NCBI GenBank assembly: GCA_964016885.1
Contig: OZ024740.1
Span: 408,146,001-408,210,000, forward strand
Reading direction: 5' to 3'
Origin: Eledone cirrhosa
Lineage: Eukaryota
DNA length: 64,000 nt
Positions 48,878-62,153 of this stretch are shown here, one piece after another. The notes below the pieces were generated by a model. It ran no database searches and was not told the origin of the DNA. It saw only the letters and a list, made by a program, of their open reading frames with translations. The translations under genes and the position numbers were made by a program. The number at the start of each line of letters is the position of its first letter. Positions within the stretch are counted from its first letter, which is position 1.

Positions 48878-49567
48878 CATTTTTATTTTCTTTCATTATT
48901 GTTTCTGAGATATATGCCGAGTGTCTTTCTGACACCTAGGGCAAATAAATTCACAGTGTGCATTGGTAAGCCAGTTAATACAGCACATTGATTATAATAA
49001 AAAAAAAACAGTATACATATATACACATGTGCATATGCATATGTAAATACAAGGAAGGATATCAATCTTACAGAGATAGTGCTCTTCTCAATACGTGTGC
49101 AGTACCAGTCAAAACAATTTTTTGCACCTCGTGCAGAGAGGGTAAACCAGGAATCATTTGCAAATATTGTTCTATTCCTTTCTTGATCATTCCCAGTCCT
49201 CCCACAATCACTGGTATTGTAACGGCCTTGAGGTGCCACATTTTCTCAATTTCAATAAGCAGATCTTTATATTTTTGTATCTTGTCAAATTCTTTTGCCG
49301 CGATATTGTGATCACATGGGATGCTCATAGCTATCAACAAACAGACCTTGTTATGTTGATCTTTTACAATGATGTCAGGTCTATTTGCTTTTATGGTCCT
49401 GTCTGTATGTACAGGAAAGTCCCAGAGAATTGTTACATTTTCTCCATCAGTTACAGCCTCAGGGTGATGATTGTACCACTTGTCTTCACCTTTGATTTTG
49501 TAATGCCGACATATTACCCAGTGTAGATATTGGCCAACTCTGTCATGTCTATATTTGTATTCTACTG
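48878..49567 (-). mobile_element. R4/Dong-like non-LTR element, second 3' fragment
   Basis: RHDRVGQYLHW...ILWDFPVHTDRTIKANRPDII...D.NI..KEFDK..KY; 3'UTR shared with 47370-47500; (ATT)n flanks. Confidence 0.88.
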
Positions 49568-49577
49568 TATTATTATT

Positions 49578-49880
49578 TGGGGAATTTTTTATTGTTCTTT
49601 TTATTACATCCTCTGTTTTTTTGTTTTTTTTTACATGCAGAAATGCCCATTTGTACCGTCCTGTATTGTCCTGTACTGTCCTTAATGTCTACTTTATGTA
49701 AACCCTTGTGGTTAATAAAGAAAGCATTATTATTATTCTACTGTATTGTTATTATTCTGAGTTCAAATCCTGCTGAGGTTAACTTTGCCTTTCATCCTTA
49801 CGGGGGTCGATAAAATAAAGTACCAGTAATACACTGAATAATTGCTGGCCTTGTGCCAAAAGTAGAAACAATTATTATTA
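49578..49880 (+). mobile_element. Tx1/L1-like 3'UTR fragment plus Meta-SINE
   Basis: GGGGAATTT...CCTTGTGGTTAATAAAGAAAGC(ATT)n, then a B-box-start SINE; duplicated at 50351-50635. Confidence 0.75.
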
Positions 49881-49949
49881 TTCTACTGTATTATTATTAT
49901 TAAATAAATAAATAAATAAATAAATAAATCATTATTATTATTATTATTA

Positions 49950-50170
49950 GGGCGGTGGATTGATTGGCAGTATCGGTCGAGAGTCGAACACCATGCTTTG
50001 CAGCATAGAGTTATGGCCCTTTACGGTCTGAGTTCAAATCCCGCCGAGGTTAATTTTGCCTTTCATCCTTACGGGGTTGATAAAATTAAGTACCAGTAAT
50101 GTACTGGGTCGATTTAATTGACTTTCCCCAGCCCGCAAAATTGCTGGCCTTGTGCCTATACTAGAAAACA
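49950..50170 (+). mobile_element. Meta-domain SINE, full-length long variant
   Basis: GGGCGGTGGATT head; carries an extra GGGTCGATTTAATTGACTTTCCCC segment, as does 46488-46711. Confidence 0.9.
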
Positions 50171-50171
50171 T

Positions 50172-50635
50172 TTTGTTGAAAGATGGGTGAGAGAGGCAAG
50201 AATGGCGCGAGTGAATGGGCCTACTCTGAGTATATGCCTGTAAACTGAAGGTGGAAAACTGGGAGAGGGCACCTGCTCTGGTGATCAGGGTCACCGTGGC
50301 TTTTTTTAATGGGCTTTCTCCACGATGGCCCTCGGAAGTCTCCCCCCTATTGGGGAATTTTTCATTGTTCTTTTTTTGTTACATCCTCTGTTTTTTGTTT
50401 TGTTACACGCTGAAATGCCCATTTGTACCGTCCTTAATGACTTTGTCCAAACCCTTGTGGTTAATAAAGAAAGCATTATTATTATTCTACTGTATTATTA
50501 TTATTCTCATTCTGAGTTCAAATCCCGCCGAGGTTAACTTTGCCTTTCATCCTTACAGGGTCGATAAAATAAAGTACCAGTAATACACTGGGTAATTGCT
50601 GGCCTTGTGCCAAAAGTAGAAACAATTATTATTAT
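50172..50635 (+). mobile_element. Tx1/L1-like ORF2 end and 3'UTR plus Meta-SINE
   Basis: FVERWVREARMARVNGPTLSICL* resembles the L1/Tx1 C-terminal F..RW motif; then T-rich UTR, AATAAA, (ATT)n and SINE 50511-50635. Confidence 0.65.
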
Positions 50636-52896
50636 TCTCATTATTATTATTATTATTATTATTAGTAGTAGTAGTAGTAGTAGTGATGGTGGTGGTGGTG
50701 GTGGTAATAGTAAAAGGGATGCATGTATGTAGTGAATGAATGTGTTTATTCCACCTTAACATCAGTATTTCTTTCATATACTCCAGTTACATGTGACCAG
50801 ACTTAGCTAAGAGGTATCATCGATTCATAAATAGGTCAATGTTGGTTATGGAACAGTTGTCAGCGTGGCTGTGGCGTGGCTAAGTAAACCATAAGTTATG
50901 TCACAATGATTTCAATCTTACTAAAACACGCCAATTATATTTATTCATTTTTTTTTAAAACCTACTTTCACTTTCCCAATAACATCAATTTAGTAGCTTT
51001 TTGCTTATAATATATTGTTTTCACTTTGCTCACCAGCTCTATCTCCCCCCCTCTATCTCCCCCCTCTCTCTCTCTCTCTCATTTTAAGGGGTGTGTATAA
51101 AGGGTGAAAATGTAGATATATCTGAGAAATACATTATTAAAAATATTTTTAAAATTATCAATTGTATTTAAAAAAATCAATTATTGGAATAGACAGAAAG
51201 CAACAGCTGGTGGTATTTTCTAGGAGTAGTTTACTACAAAATATTTGGAAAATAGGTAAATAATGTATCATTATCATACTATAACAAAACATATCGCTGC
51301 ATGTTTAAAAAATATGACTGTTTTTTTTTTTATTCTACTAAGTTGGAATATTTTGTTTTATTTCCGTGTGCGTCCCTTGTTTAATGATATAAGGTGCCTT
51401 ATGAAAGACAAAATAATTCAAGTAGTTTAGTTATTTGATCAACAATATGTATGTATGAATGTATGTATATACATAAACACACACACACACACACACATAT
51501 ATATATGCATACACACACAAACACATACATACATATATATATATATATATAGTTAATAAAATATGCAACAGCTGATTATATAGACCTAACATTTAATGCT
51601 ACTTCAATACCAATTTGCCTTAACACGTGCTCATCAATGTTTTTTTCTTTCTAAATTATTTATTCATTCCTTTTTTCTCTCTTCTGTTTATGTTACAATG
51701 AGAGCAAAACAAAATATCACAGATATGTAGTTAAAATATATATTTTGTAAGTAGGGATTGAAAACACTGAATTTGGATGGTTGATTGTTAAAATAATGAA
51801 TTATGCAAGCCATGCTGACTGTTTACCATTTTATTGCTTCTGATTATTATTCTGATTTATGAAGGATTATGCTAGATGTATGTGACAATTTCTCTCCTTC
51901 TTGTGTAAGAATCATGGCTATGTTAGTTGATGCCGGTGAAATATCTTAGCTTGTTAAAGGAATAGCAGTAGTTCCTGTTATCTGTAGCAAATATGTATGT
52001 ATCATCTATGTATTCATGTACTTGTTGCTCCATAAATACAAAATGATGAGGCTATGTTTTAGTTTACTATCTCCGAGAAATTATCAGGTGATGATCAAGT
52101 ATAAACAATTGTTCAATAATTAAATTATCTATTCAAACATGTTAATATCTTTTATACATGTTCCCATATAATGTTCTATTTTCATTTACTTTTCATATAT
52201 ATAAAAGGAAAGCTTTACTTTCAAACTTCAATTATTTTAAATAGTTTTTTGTGGGGTCAAGCCTATATTTCTAGTTGAGTATATTTTCAATATATAAAGA
52301 CTTGTTTTTATCTAACAAGAAGAAATTTTGGAAACAAGACCCATTCTGCTGTGTATATAAGTTAATACAATAAACTGTTTTTGATTATGTTTTAATATAT
52401 GATACAAATAGATCTTTCTGATATATATTTGTTTTGTCAAAAAAATGAAAATAGAAAGATAACACCTAATCATCTAAAAATGTTCAAATTTCTACAATTC
52501 TAATACAATAGTAGTTAGGTAAAGAAAAGAACATGTTAAAAGATGAAATAAATAAAGTAAAAAAGAAAGCTTGATGCCAAAAAGAAAACTTGCTGCATTG
52601 ATATGTATATGAGTGTCTGTGTGTGTCTGTGTGTGCATTCTAAATGTATACATATATATATACACAGTACAGATATATATAAATGAAATTGTAAACGTGG
52701 AGAAATGTGTTTAGTTTGTACATACATCTATACATATATACAATGCAAGGCAACACTGAATTGATTTTTGTTTTTCTAAAGCATCTGTGCTGTGTGTATC
52801 CTTCAACTGAATTGTTTTCTTCTCTCTATTAAAGTAGTCTTCTAAACCAACTGTTAAATGCATGCTTTCTACAAACAAATGAATTTGAAATCTAAC

Positions 52897-52997
52897 CTGT
52901 GTTGAAATCCGGACCGATTCTGAGGAAATGTAAACATTATCTCATCCTTTTCTTCCTCCATTTTGGAAGTATTCTTCGACAGCAATTCTTCTTCCAT
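52897..52997 (-). CDS. Candidate first coding exon of an unidentified host gene
   Basis: Strong Kozak GGAACC-ATG-G; 33 codons MEEELLSKNTSKMEEEKDEIMFTFPQNRSGFQH plus AG, then donor CAG|GTTAGA (phase 2); several retained CpGs; TE-poor surroundings. Confidence 0.5.
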
Positions 52998-53859
52998 GGT
53001 TCCGATTTGAATGTCAAACAGCGTAAATTTAGCCTTGATAGATTTCCACTGAAGCTTTCTCTACATTACCGATTGGTTAGTTTGTTATTGTAGTTGTATG
53101 AGAGGCAGCTGAACTGGTATGTCTACATTTCTATTCAACCATTGGTTAATTTCAAATATGTAACTGCTTAAGTAAATTTTTTAACTTTATCTTCTAGAGA
53201 TGCACAATTTCTAAGCTCATCAATTGACATTTATGTTTGCATCAATTTTTATTTAAACTGTCTTATGTTATCACCTTGACCAATATATTTATTATAAAGA
53301 TTTTTCACATGTGTATCTATGAGTTACCTTTTGTAATTATAGGCAGATATGTCAATAAAATTTACATAATAATACTTTACAAATATAGTCATGTCAAAAC
53401 TAGTTACATTAATAATTGAAGTATGTATAGATATTTATTTATATGCATGTATACATTCTTTTATTGTTTCCCTTGTTCCAGCCCATGGGCTGGAATCATG
53501 CTAGGGCATTACCTTTAAATATATTTGTATGTATTTTTGTATGTATATATGTATGTACACATAAACTGTCTTATAAAATTCTGTAGCTTATTTAATTAAT
53601 CTAAATATTTATTTAGTATACTTATCTTAAGTTGATCTTTTCTTTCACATATTTTTAGGACATAATTTTATATATTATTTTTTTAGAAAATTATTCTACC
53701 TTCTGTTACTTTAATGTCCTAAGCTGTATTGCTAGTCTACAGGACTTGCTGTATGTAGCACAACAAATGAGTTATCACTACAAAACTCTTAGTATTAACT
53801 GGTTATATCATCTGAATATATGCATTTACACACACATGTATGCATCCATACACATATAT

Positions 53860-53862
<3 letters not shown>

Positions 53863-53927
<65 letters not shown>
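53863..53927. repeat. (TA)n microsatellite
   Basis: Direct reading. Confidence 0.95.
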
Positions 53928-53932
<5 letters not shown>

Positions 53933-53937
53933 ATAAT

Positions 53938-54700
53938 TATCATCATCATAATTTTTTCATCCATTTTTCCATGCTTGTATGGGTTCAATGGGTCCTCTCT
54001 AACACAGTATCTCACCACTTGTTACATTCTTTTGTCATCTCCTTTCTGGGGTTCAGCATCTTGACATAAGCTTTCAGCACTTCTGCCCATGTCCACTTCC
54101 TTGGCTTCCTTCTCCTTCCTTGGTTTCCTACCCTTTGGAATTCCTGGCATTCATTTATCCAAATACCATCATACATATATATATATATTGTAGTGCAACT
54201 GAGCACTGTACACAATAATTTCATTATTATTATCATTATTATTATATCACATATCTGTACTTGTATAATTTTTTCTTTTTCACAGATAACTTCCTCTAAT
54301 ACCCAAATTTTTTCTCATCTTATCTGTGCTTCCTTTTTCATGCACACTAATATTACATATTCAGCAGGACAGGGTCACTCTGTTCCTTTTCAGATTTCAC
54401 CCATATTCTACATTCAATGCCCATGTGTCATTACCCATGCAACATTCCACTATCTACACAAGCATTTTACAATCTATCTTTCACTTGAAGAGCGAATCTT
54501 TTTGTTGCCAGTAAAGGTTTTCAACCTTACTTTTATTTTAGCTACTATGCTTTCACAGCACCCTTCTCCATGTCTAAGTAAGTCACATAGGTAACAGAAG
54601 TAATTAACTAGAACTACTCTATGAGGCATGCCATTGTGGCTAGAAACATTTATAATGCTATCCACAGGAAGGATTGTTCCAATGGTCAAACAAAAGGTAC
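53938..54700 (-). mobile_element. Old RTE remnants
   Basis: RKPRKWTWAEVLKAYVKMLN and FCYLCDLL..GEGC.ES, homologous to the young RTE C-terminus. Confidence 0.65.
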
Positions 54701-55098
54701 ACCAGAACTCGAGGGTAACCACACCTTATAAAAATAAGGAACACTAGTTGAACATTCTTATAAAAATAGTGACATCACATGAGTATGAAATATCACCCAG
54801 CATGCGGGATTGTGCTTGAGCAGTAAATTTCAAACACAACAGATCCAATATGGTTCTATGGAATAGGGGATAAAAGTTATGCTGTAGGAGCTCTGTCATC
54901 TAAAATTATGGCAAAAGAAAGCAACTATTGTGAACCTACAACTCTTGTATCCATAGTAAAATGCATTCTGTAAAGTGGTTAGCAATACGAAGGGCATTCA
55001 GTTGTAGAAACCATGTCCAAATGGAATGCATCTAGACAAAATGAAATCCCACTAACATGTCCAACCTATATCAGCATGGGGAAATGGATGTATGATGA

Positions 55099-55610
<512 letters not shown>

Positions 55611-56324
55611 AACATACAAGTAGAGTTTTGCATTCTTAATGTGATTAGCCACCCAATTTCATGACTAAATATCCTTTTAAGAGTGTTCAGTTACTAAGAA
55701 GCAAGCAAGGGAGAGAACTATAGCTTAAAATGACCTAGTTTGGAGAGGGGGGGGGGGTAGTTTTATGTAATGTAGTTCAGAGTAGACTTTGTATTTTTGC
55801 CAATTTAATAAGAGCAGTGGATGTTTCACTCTTATTAGATCTTCTCAGCAAAGCATATTTACTGAGCAAGCTGGCTTGTCTTGAACTGTCACACACACAC
55901 ATATATATATAGACACACATATACATTTGATCATTGTCATCATCCAAGCTGTTTTATATATATTTTCTATGCTTGCATGATATATATATATATATATAAA
56001 CAGTTGTAGGGAAAATATTCATTATTACCCCATTGCTCTCATTATTCACTCAATGACACAAGATTTTTAACATATTGCTTGTTCAAATCTGTATTTAGAG
56101 TGCTTACCAAGGGTTATTTGTAATGATTGCAATTGCACTTTTTCCTGAACCATTCTTTCCATGATATAGACTGAGCAAATGAGTGCATTTGTGACTCATG
56201 CTGGTCTGTTATTTTGGAGAAAAATATGTTGTTTAAATATGTGATGATAATGTGGATGAACAAAAGGTAGAAGTTAAAGTGATTGCTCTGTATGAAATGT
56301 ATATGTACAAGTTGAGACACATTC

Positions 56325-56539
56325 TTAACCCTTTAGAATTCACATTATTTTATATATACTATTGTATTTTCATGGTAAAGGCTTTATCTCACATAATATC
56401 GAATCTATGAGATTTTGAAAGTATTTATTTTGAGAACAATACCTTAACATCAGTTTGAATGACCAGTTACAGCCAGTTTCAACAGAAAAGGGTAGAGAAT
56501 TCTGGCCAGTTTGGGCCGGTTTGAACATTAAAGGGTTAA
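56325..56539. mobile_element. piggyBac-like MITE, family A
   Basis: TTAA-CCCTTTAG ... TTAAAGGG-TTAA; body homologous to 34549-34786. Confidence 0.8.
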
Positions 56540-59529
56540 TATAGTGAGTGGAAAAATTTTCAGTCAACTGAGATCATCCTATTCAGTCTTGAAAATGAAA
56601 AGTCTCATTTGATAGTCTCAGTTGAATGAAGTTTTATTCAATTATGCAGTCATATTTCTTGTACACTAAATCAGATTCTTCTTATGCAAAACTTTCCACG
56701 TAGCTCATTTGCATTTTCGTTTGTGCATGCTAATATTACACATCAAAAGGTTTATGCCCACCTTATTCTGCATTCATCACATTCAATGCTCATGTCATGC
56801 TACTATGCAACATCAAATTTCATACACAACTTGCATGAAAGCTAGATCACAGGTAAGCTTATAGAGTGGATTGATATTAAACACATCTGCTGAAGTGTGC
56901 AATAAAGAAAACTGTGTTTGTGTAGATGAGTAATATAAATGAAGAATTACTGCAGAATTAAAATTGCTGCTCATTGATGATGGAAGCAACCATAAATTAT
57001 AAAAATGAAGGAAGAAATAGTCATAAGTAATAAGGTCAGATATCATGAAACTTAACTGTGCAGAAGATATGTGAAAAGACTGATAAGATTGACAATATAT
57101 CATACAGTAGACCCACCCAAACCATAGTAGAATTGAAAAATAGCTGCCACTAAAAAGTCCTTGATAACAATGGTAATTTGTAGGTTTTATTTGAATAACT
57201 GCTGTCTAAAGATGCAGACAGCTAGCTCATGCACTAGTGCTTAACATTCCCCTATATTATACAAACTGTTAATCTCACATAGAGCAAGTAATTATATTTT
57301 GTTTCAGTATATCTAGATCTATAAAATAATTACTGTCAATTCAATTTATGCTTGGAAAAGTATGTAGTAGCAAATTGTGTGATCTAAAGTATTTCTAAAA
57401 TGCAAAAGAAACGAAGTAGTTTGATTCTTTGTTGATTATATCTTCTGAATGATTGGTACTAATACAAACCATCACAGACTTACTGACACCATTGATTATG
57501 GAAGGGAAGTGAAGCATAGTTGAAGTAATAAGAGAAGAAAACTTGTGCGTATAAATTATTTCCATTTTTCTTTTAAAGTTAGGTATCTAGATTGAACAAA
57601 TTTGAGGAAATGGAGTCTGTTTTTATTATAAAAAGGTTGAGAAAAGATAGCTTAGTCTAAGGTTGTTGTTGTTTAGCCCTAGGTCATTCTTGATCAGGCT
57701 AAACCATGGTCAAAAGCACTCCAGCTATGACCATTTCATCTTTCTTTCATGTATATATTGGACCACATTATGTGCTTTTCTTGTTTAAGAAGGCAGTGTG
57801 TATTTTGAAGGTGATTGGGTGGTGGTTTCCAGCATGTTGTGTAGCTACATAGAGGTTCTCTTGATGATTCATTTATCTGGTTATCTATATCTTAATTGTC
57901 AAACTCGGACAGAGCATACCAGTGTAAATCTATGGGTGTAAAATGTAAAATTGGATGTAACATGGAAAGTTTATATTGTAGAAATATTGAGTAATTTGCA
58001 ATATATTCAGGTAAAATAACATGCTCTTATTATTTCTATTGGAATCAAGTATTTTTGTAGAATTGAATGGAATAGTTTTGTAATGGAATTGGGAAATACT
58101 TATTCAGATAATCAGTTTGGTTTTGTTCATTGCCAGCCTTATTTTTCTTTTAGATGATATTTCAGTTAATATATTCATAGAAGTGGGACTTGGGCCTTGA
58201 CTACAGAAGATATGCAAAAAGCTAGTAAAGGGGGAAGTGGTTATGCTCCAGTTGATGTGTAATGTTGTAACATGGTATAAGTCAACTGCGACAGAACCTT
58301 GGTACAAGAGGAATCTAGTGTAGTGTGCAAGAAAGATGACTGCACAGGTATTGATATGTGATGCACATGAAAGATGACAGCTGTATAAAGAAGTGCAAAG
58401 AAATTTAAGTGAATGTGACATGTGGAAGAGGTAGACCTAGGAAGATATGGGTTGAATTAGTGAATGTCGTCCTTAAGAAGCTGAATGATGCAGGATCGCA
58501 TTGAGAAGACCTGCCTATAAAATCAAATGGCTCTTGCATTCCATTTCTGCTATAATATCCACTCCCCACACCATCACCTAATGTGATATGGCATATGGCA
58601 TGTTTCAACCTACTCATACTCCCCCACACTAGCACTCTTGTACCCACCCACGCTGTCCAAGAGTATTCTTGCTGCTTACTCTTCTAAACCTCACCAAACT
58701 TGTAATAGCTTTTTGATAATTATTCACATCACTATCCATGATCACCCTCCACACTTACACACCCTCTACTTATCCTACAAAATCCCACTTCATCTATCAT
58801 ACTCACAGGACATTATATTTTTCAACCTGCCTTATTTCTCCACCTATTGTCATACATGATGCCCTTCTATTCTTGTCTTCACTCTCTACACATGCTGTCT
58901 TGGTACAAGGCATTTTCCCACTCCCTACATAGGTTTGAGAGGGTTCTCCAGTTGAATCATTGCCACAAAAATGCACTCAGTATGCTCAATAAAGTGTAGG
59001 AACATATGTATGTAAGACATGGCCTCTGGCCCATCTCATTGAGTGCTGACTTGGACCCATCCAACCTATGCTAGCATGGAAAAAAAAGAATGCTAAATGA
59101 TGATGATGATGATGATGATATATCAACATTGCTAACTGGTTTCATAAGATCTAATTTGTATTTGTTTTTCTGGTGATTCAGACTACTGAATTAAAAAATT
59201 GACATTTTATAAACACATACAATATGGGGGTTGTATGTTGTAAGATACTAGATAAACAAAAGAATTGGAGGAGAATGAGAAAGTTACTTTTGTTTTTTAT
59301 TTCTTGATTAAGAAGCCTGAGATTTTACTATATCATAGAACTTTCTTTTGGCAAGACTATGGTTAATTTTAAAAGTAGAGGATAGAGTTGAGCAAATATA
59401 TTTCAGTAAATGATTATTATAGAAGAGGTGAAAGCAAAGGTGATGTTATTTAAGTATAGAATTAAGAGTAACTGTTAAGTGCTACCATCTCCAATCAAAC
59501 TGGATGAGGATGATGTTGATGATGATGAT

Positions 59530-59765
59530 TATCATCATCACTGTTTAATATCCATTTTCCACGCTAGCATGGTTTAGATGAGTTGTTCTGTTGTGAGATA
59601 AGCCAGGTCAGGTGACCATGTCTTGCTCATACAGAATTGATATGGGCTTGGTTTCTACGGATGGATACCCTTCCTAACACCAACTACATTTACAGTGAGT
59701 ACTGGGTGCTTTACAGTGCGGGCTGGGTACTTTTTTCTGTGACACCTACACAACCACTTTATAGA
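59530..59765 (-). mobile_element. RTE 3'UTR fragment
   Basis: (CAT)n tail and TTCCACGCTAGCATGG terminus. Confidence 0.8.
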
Positions 59766-59849
59766 TGGTGATTATATTTAGAATATTTTGTGTGAAATCT
59801 TCAGCACTTTTAATATATAATATTATATAACTCTTTCTAACAAGATCAG

Positions 59850-60050
59850 CAATTAATTTTGGGAAAGGGAAAAGTCGATCACATGAACCCTAGTACTTAA
59901 CTGGTACTCTGTTTCATTGACCTAAGAGGGATGGAAGGTAAAGTTGACCTCAGCGAAATTTGAACTCAGAACATAGAAAGCCACAATAAGTAAATACTGC
60001 AAATAAGTTTGTACAACACTCTACTTATACTACTAATCCACTGCATTTAG
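59850..60050 (-). mobile_element. Older Meta-domain SINE
   Basis: CTGGTACT...GGATGGAAGGTAAAGTTGACCTCAGCGAAATTTGAACTCAGA. Confidence 0.75.
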
Positions 60051-62153
60051 AATATTATATAATAACATAAATGCAGTATAACATATTGTCACTCCTATTC
60101 CTGCTGTGTGTAGAGCCCATTGTCTTCAAATCAAACTTCACTACTATTTATGTCTTCTTTTATTTTCCTTGACCACTTATAGTTTCCTCTACCATCACAA
60201 AGTGTGTCTTGACCCAGTGTTCATTGTTCATTTACATTACATGTCCATACAAGCACAGTTAATTTCTTTCAAATATTATCTGTCCTTTGATACCCAGCCA
60301 TTTTCTCAGTAGTCATACTATCAACATTTCATTTTAAGTGTACATTCAATGGGTTACACTCAATTCATTTGTAAAAGTAGGAATTATTTTCAAGTTATAT
60401 TTTGTTAATGAATTATCTAATTGTTCACTTCTAATAACATAATTCATTAAGTAAACTTAATGAATTAGTAGAAGACATCTTTTTTCTAGGTGTTGCAATG
60501 GCTAAAGGTTGGTGCTTTTTATATTTGGGACTTAAGGTGAGGACTTTGCTAATGACTTACACTAGAAAATGAATAGAGATTATGTTATGACTAATCATTG
60601 ATACATTGATATCTACAGGGAAAACATGGGTGGGGGAACACAGTGAAAATGATACATGAAGAGACTGGCATGTTGTGTGATCTGGTATGCAACTAGTTAG
60701 TTTAGAGGATTAGAAACTATTATAATAATGCTAGAATAGACAAAGACTATTGAGTGTATGGTTATAAGTTCAAATCATACTGTTAGAATAATTGTGGAGA
60801 GTCACATAATTTTATTCCTCCAGTGTACCTGACTAAACAAAAATAAGCACCACTCCTGTATCATTGCTAAGTGGTTTGTGGCATGAAGGACATTAAACTG
60901 AAAATTTACATTATGTAACTTCTAACAACATACACTCTTATTCAAAGGATGCTATAAACTCTATTATTCTACAAAAGACTGGAAATGAACTAGATCAGAC
61001 TGAAGAATGGTAGACATCATAAAACGACAGGCTAAATACAATACTGACTATACTTTAGTGGTTATTGCAGATCTGACTAAATCATATTTAATGAGGTCTT
61101 GTAATTTTCATGACTTCACCACTGTTATCATTGTCGTTATGTCAATGTTGTCTGAACAACAGAGCTTCTAGTCAGCACCTGTCCCCGTGGTGCAGCCACC
61201 TTAACTATGTGGAATACAGGTTCTCTCTCAACCATTATCATCATTGTAAGAATATTTTTTCTTCATGATAATAATTTCAAACCTTGTACATAACTGTAGT
61301 AAATCAGTTTATCTTGTAAAAATATAAGATTAGCTATATCATACTTTATATTTTGTGGATGATAATAATTTGTATAAATAATTATGTTGCAGTGGCTGTC
61401 TCTGGATATTCTCTGTGGTAACACCTTTGCCATTTTGTCCATTTTTTTTTTCATCTTCCTTTTCTGTTCCCTTTAATATTATGTTTTGCTTTTATTAGAT
61501 ACTGCTCAATTATTCTTATATAATGTCAGTGGCTTTTCACAACATTGTGAAATTTTGTATATTGTAAATTCCTTTTTTTTTTATATACCTGTAAATTTAT
61601 TGTTGAAGAATCAAAATTGAATAAAAAAAAAAACAACTGAATTTCAAGTTGAAATTGACCTAGATGTATAATTTGATCATTCAGAAGAGGAACAAAAAAG
61701 CTGAAAAGAGTACATGAAAACGGTTTTGAAATCCTGTCATACATCAGTATAGGTGTTAGAAATATGGTATTGGATACTGCTGAAATATACTCTTCTTAAA
61801 TAGAAAGAATATGTACTGAGAAAGTTACTTCAAATCAGAACTAGTTGAGATATTAATAAGCTGGCATATCAGTAAAGAAAGATAACCAGTGTTAACTGAA
61901 TGAAGAGCTATATATCGAATGCTGGTAGTAGATGGTAGGTGAATAGTGTGGCACCTGATGAAAGCTTTGGAGATCTTCAGTAAGATGCATCTTTTAAAAA
62001 TCTTATTTAACAACTTTAGCATGGCAATATTGTTATTTTTCTCGTAACAGTAATATAGTTTTATTTGAAACAACTGATCTGTGAATGCTAACTTTTCATC
62101 CTTTTTCCTGTTGTCTCAGAGGGGATTTAGTTTACTTTGTTCCTGCAAAATTA

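Noticed and set aside
61000-61035. CTGAAGA-ATGG..TCAT-AAAAC hammerhead-like string
   Set aside because: Stem II pairs, but GAAA, the cleavage triplet and stem I are all missing.
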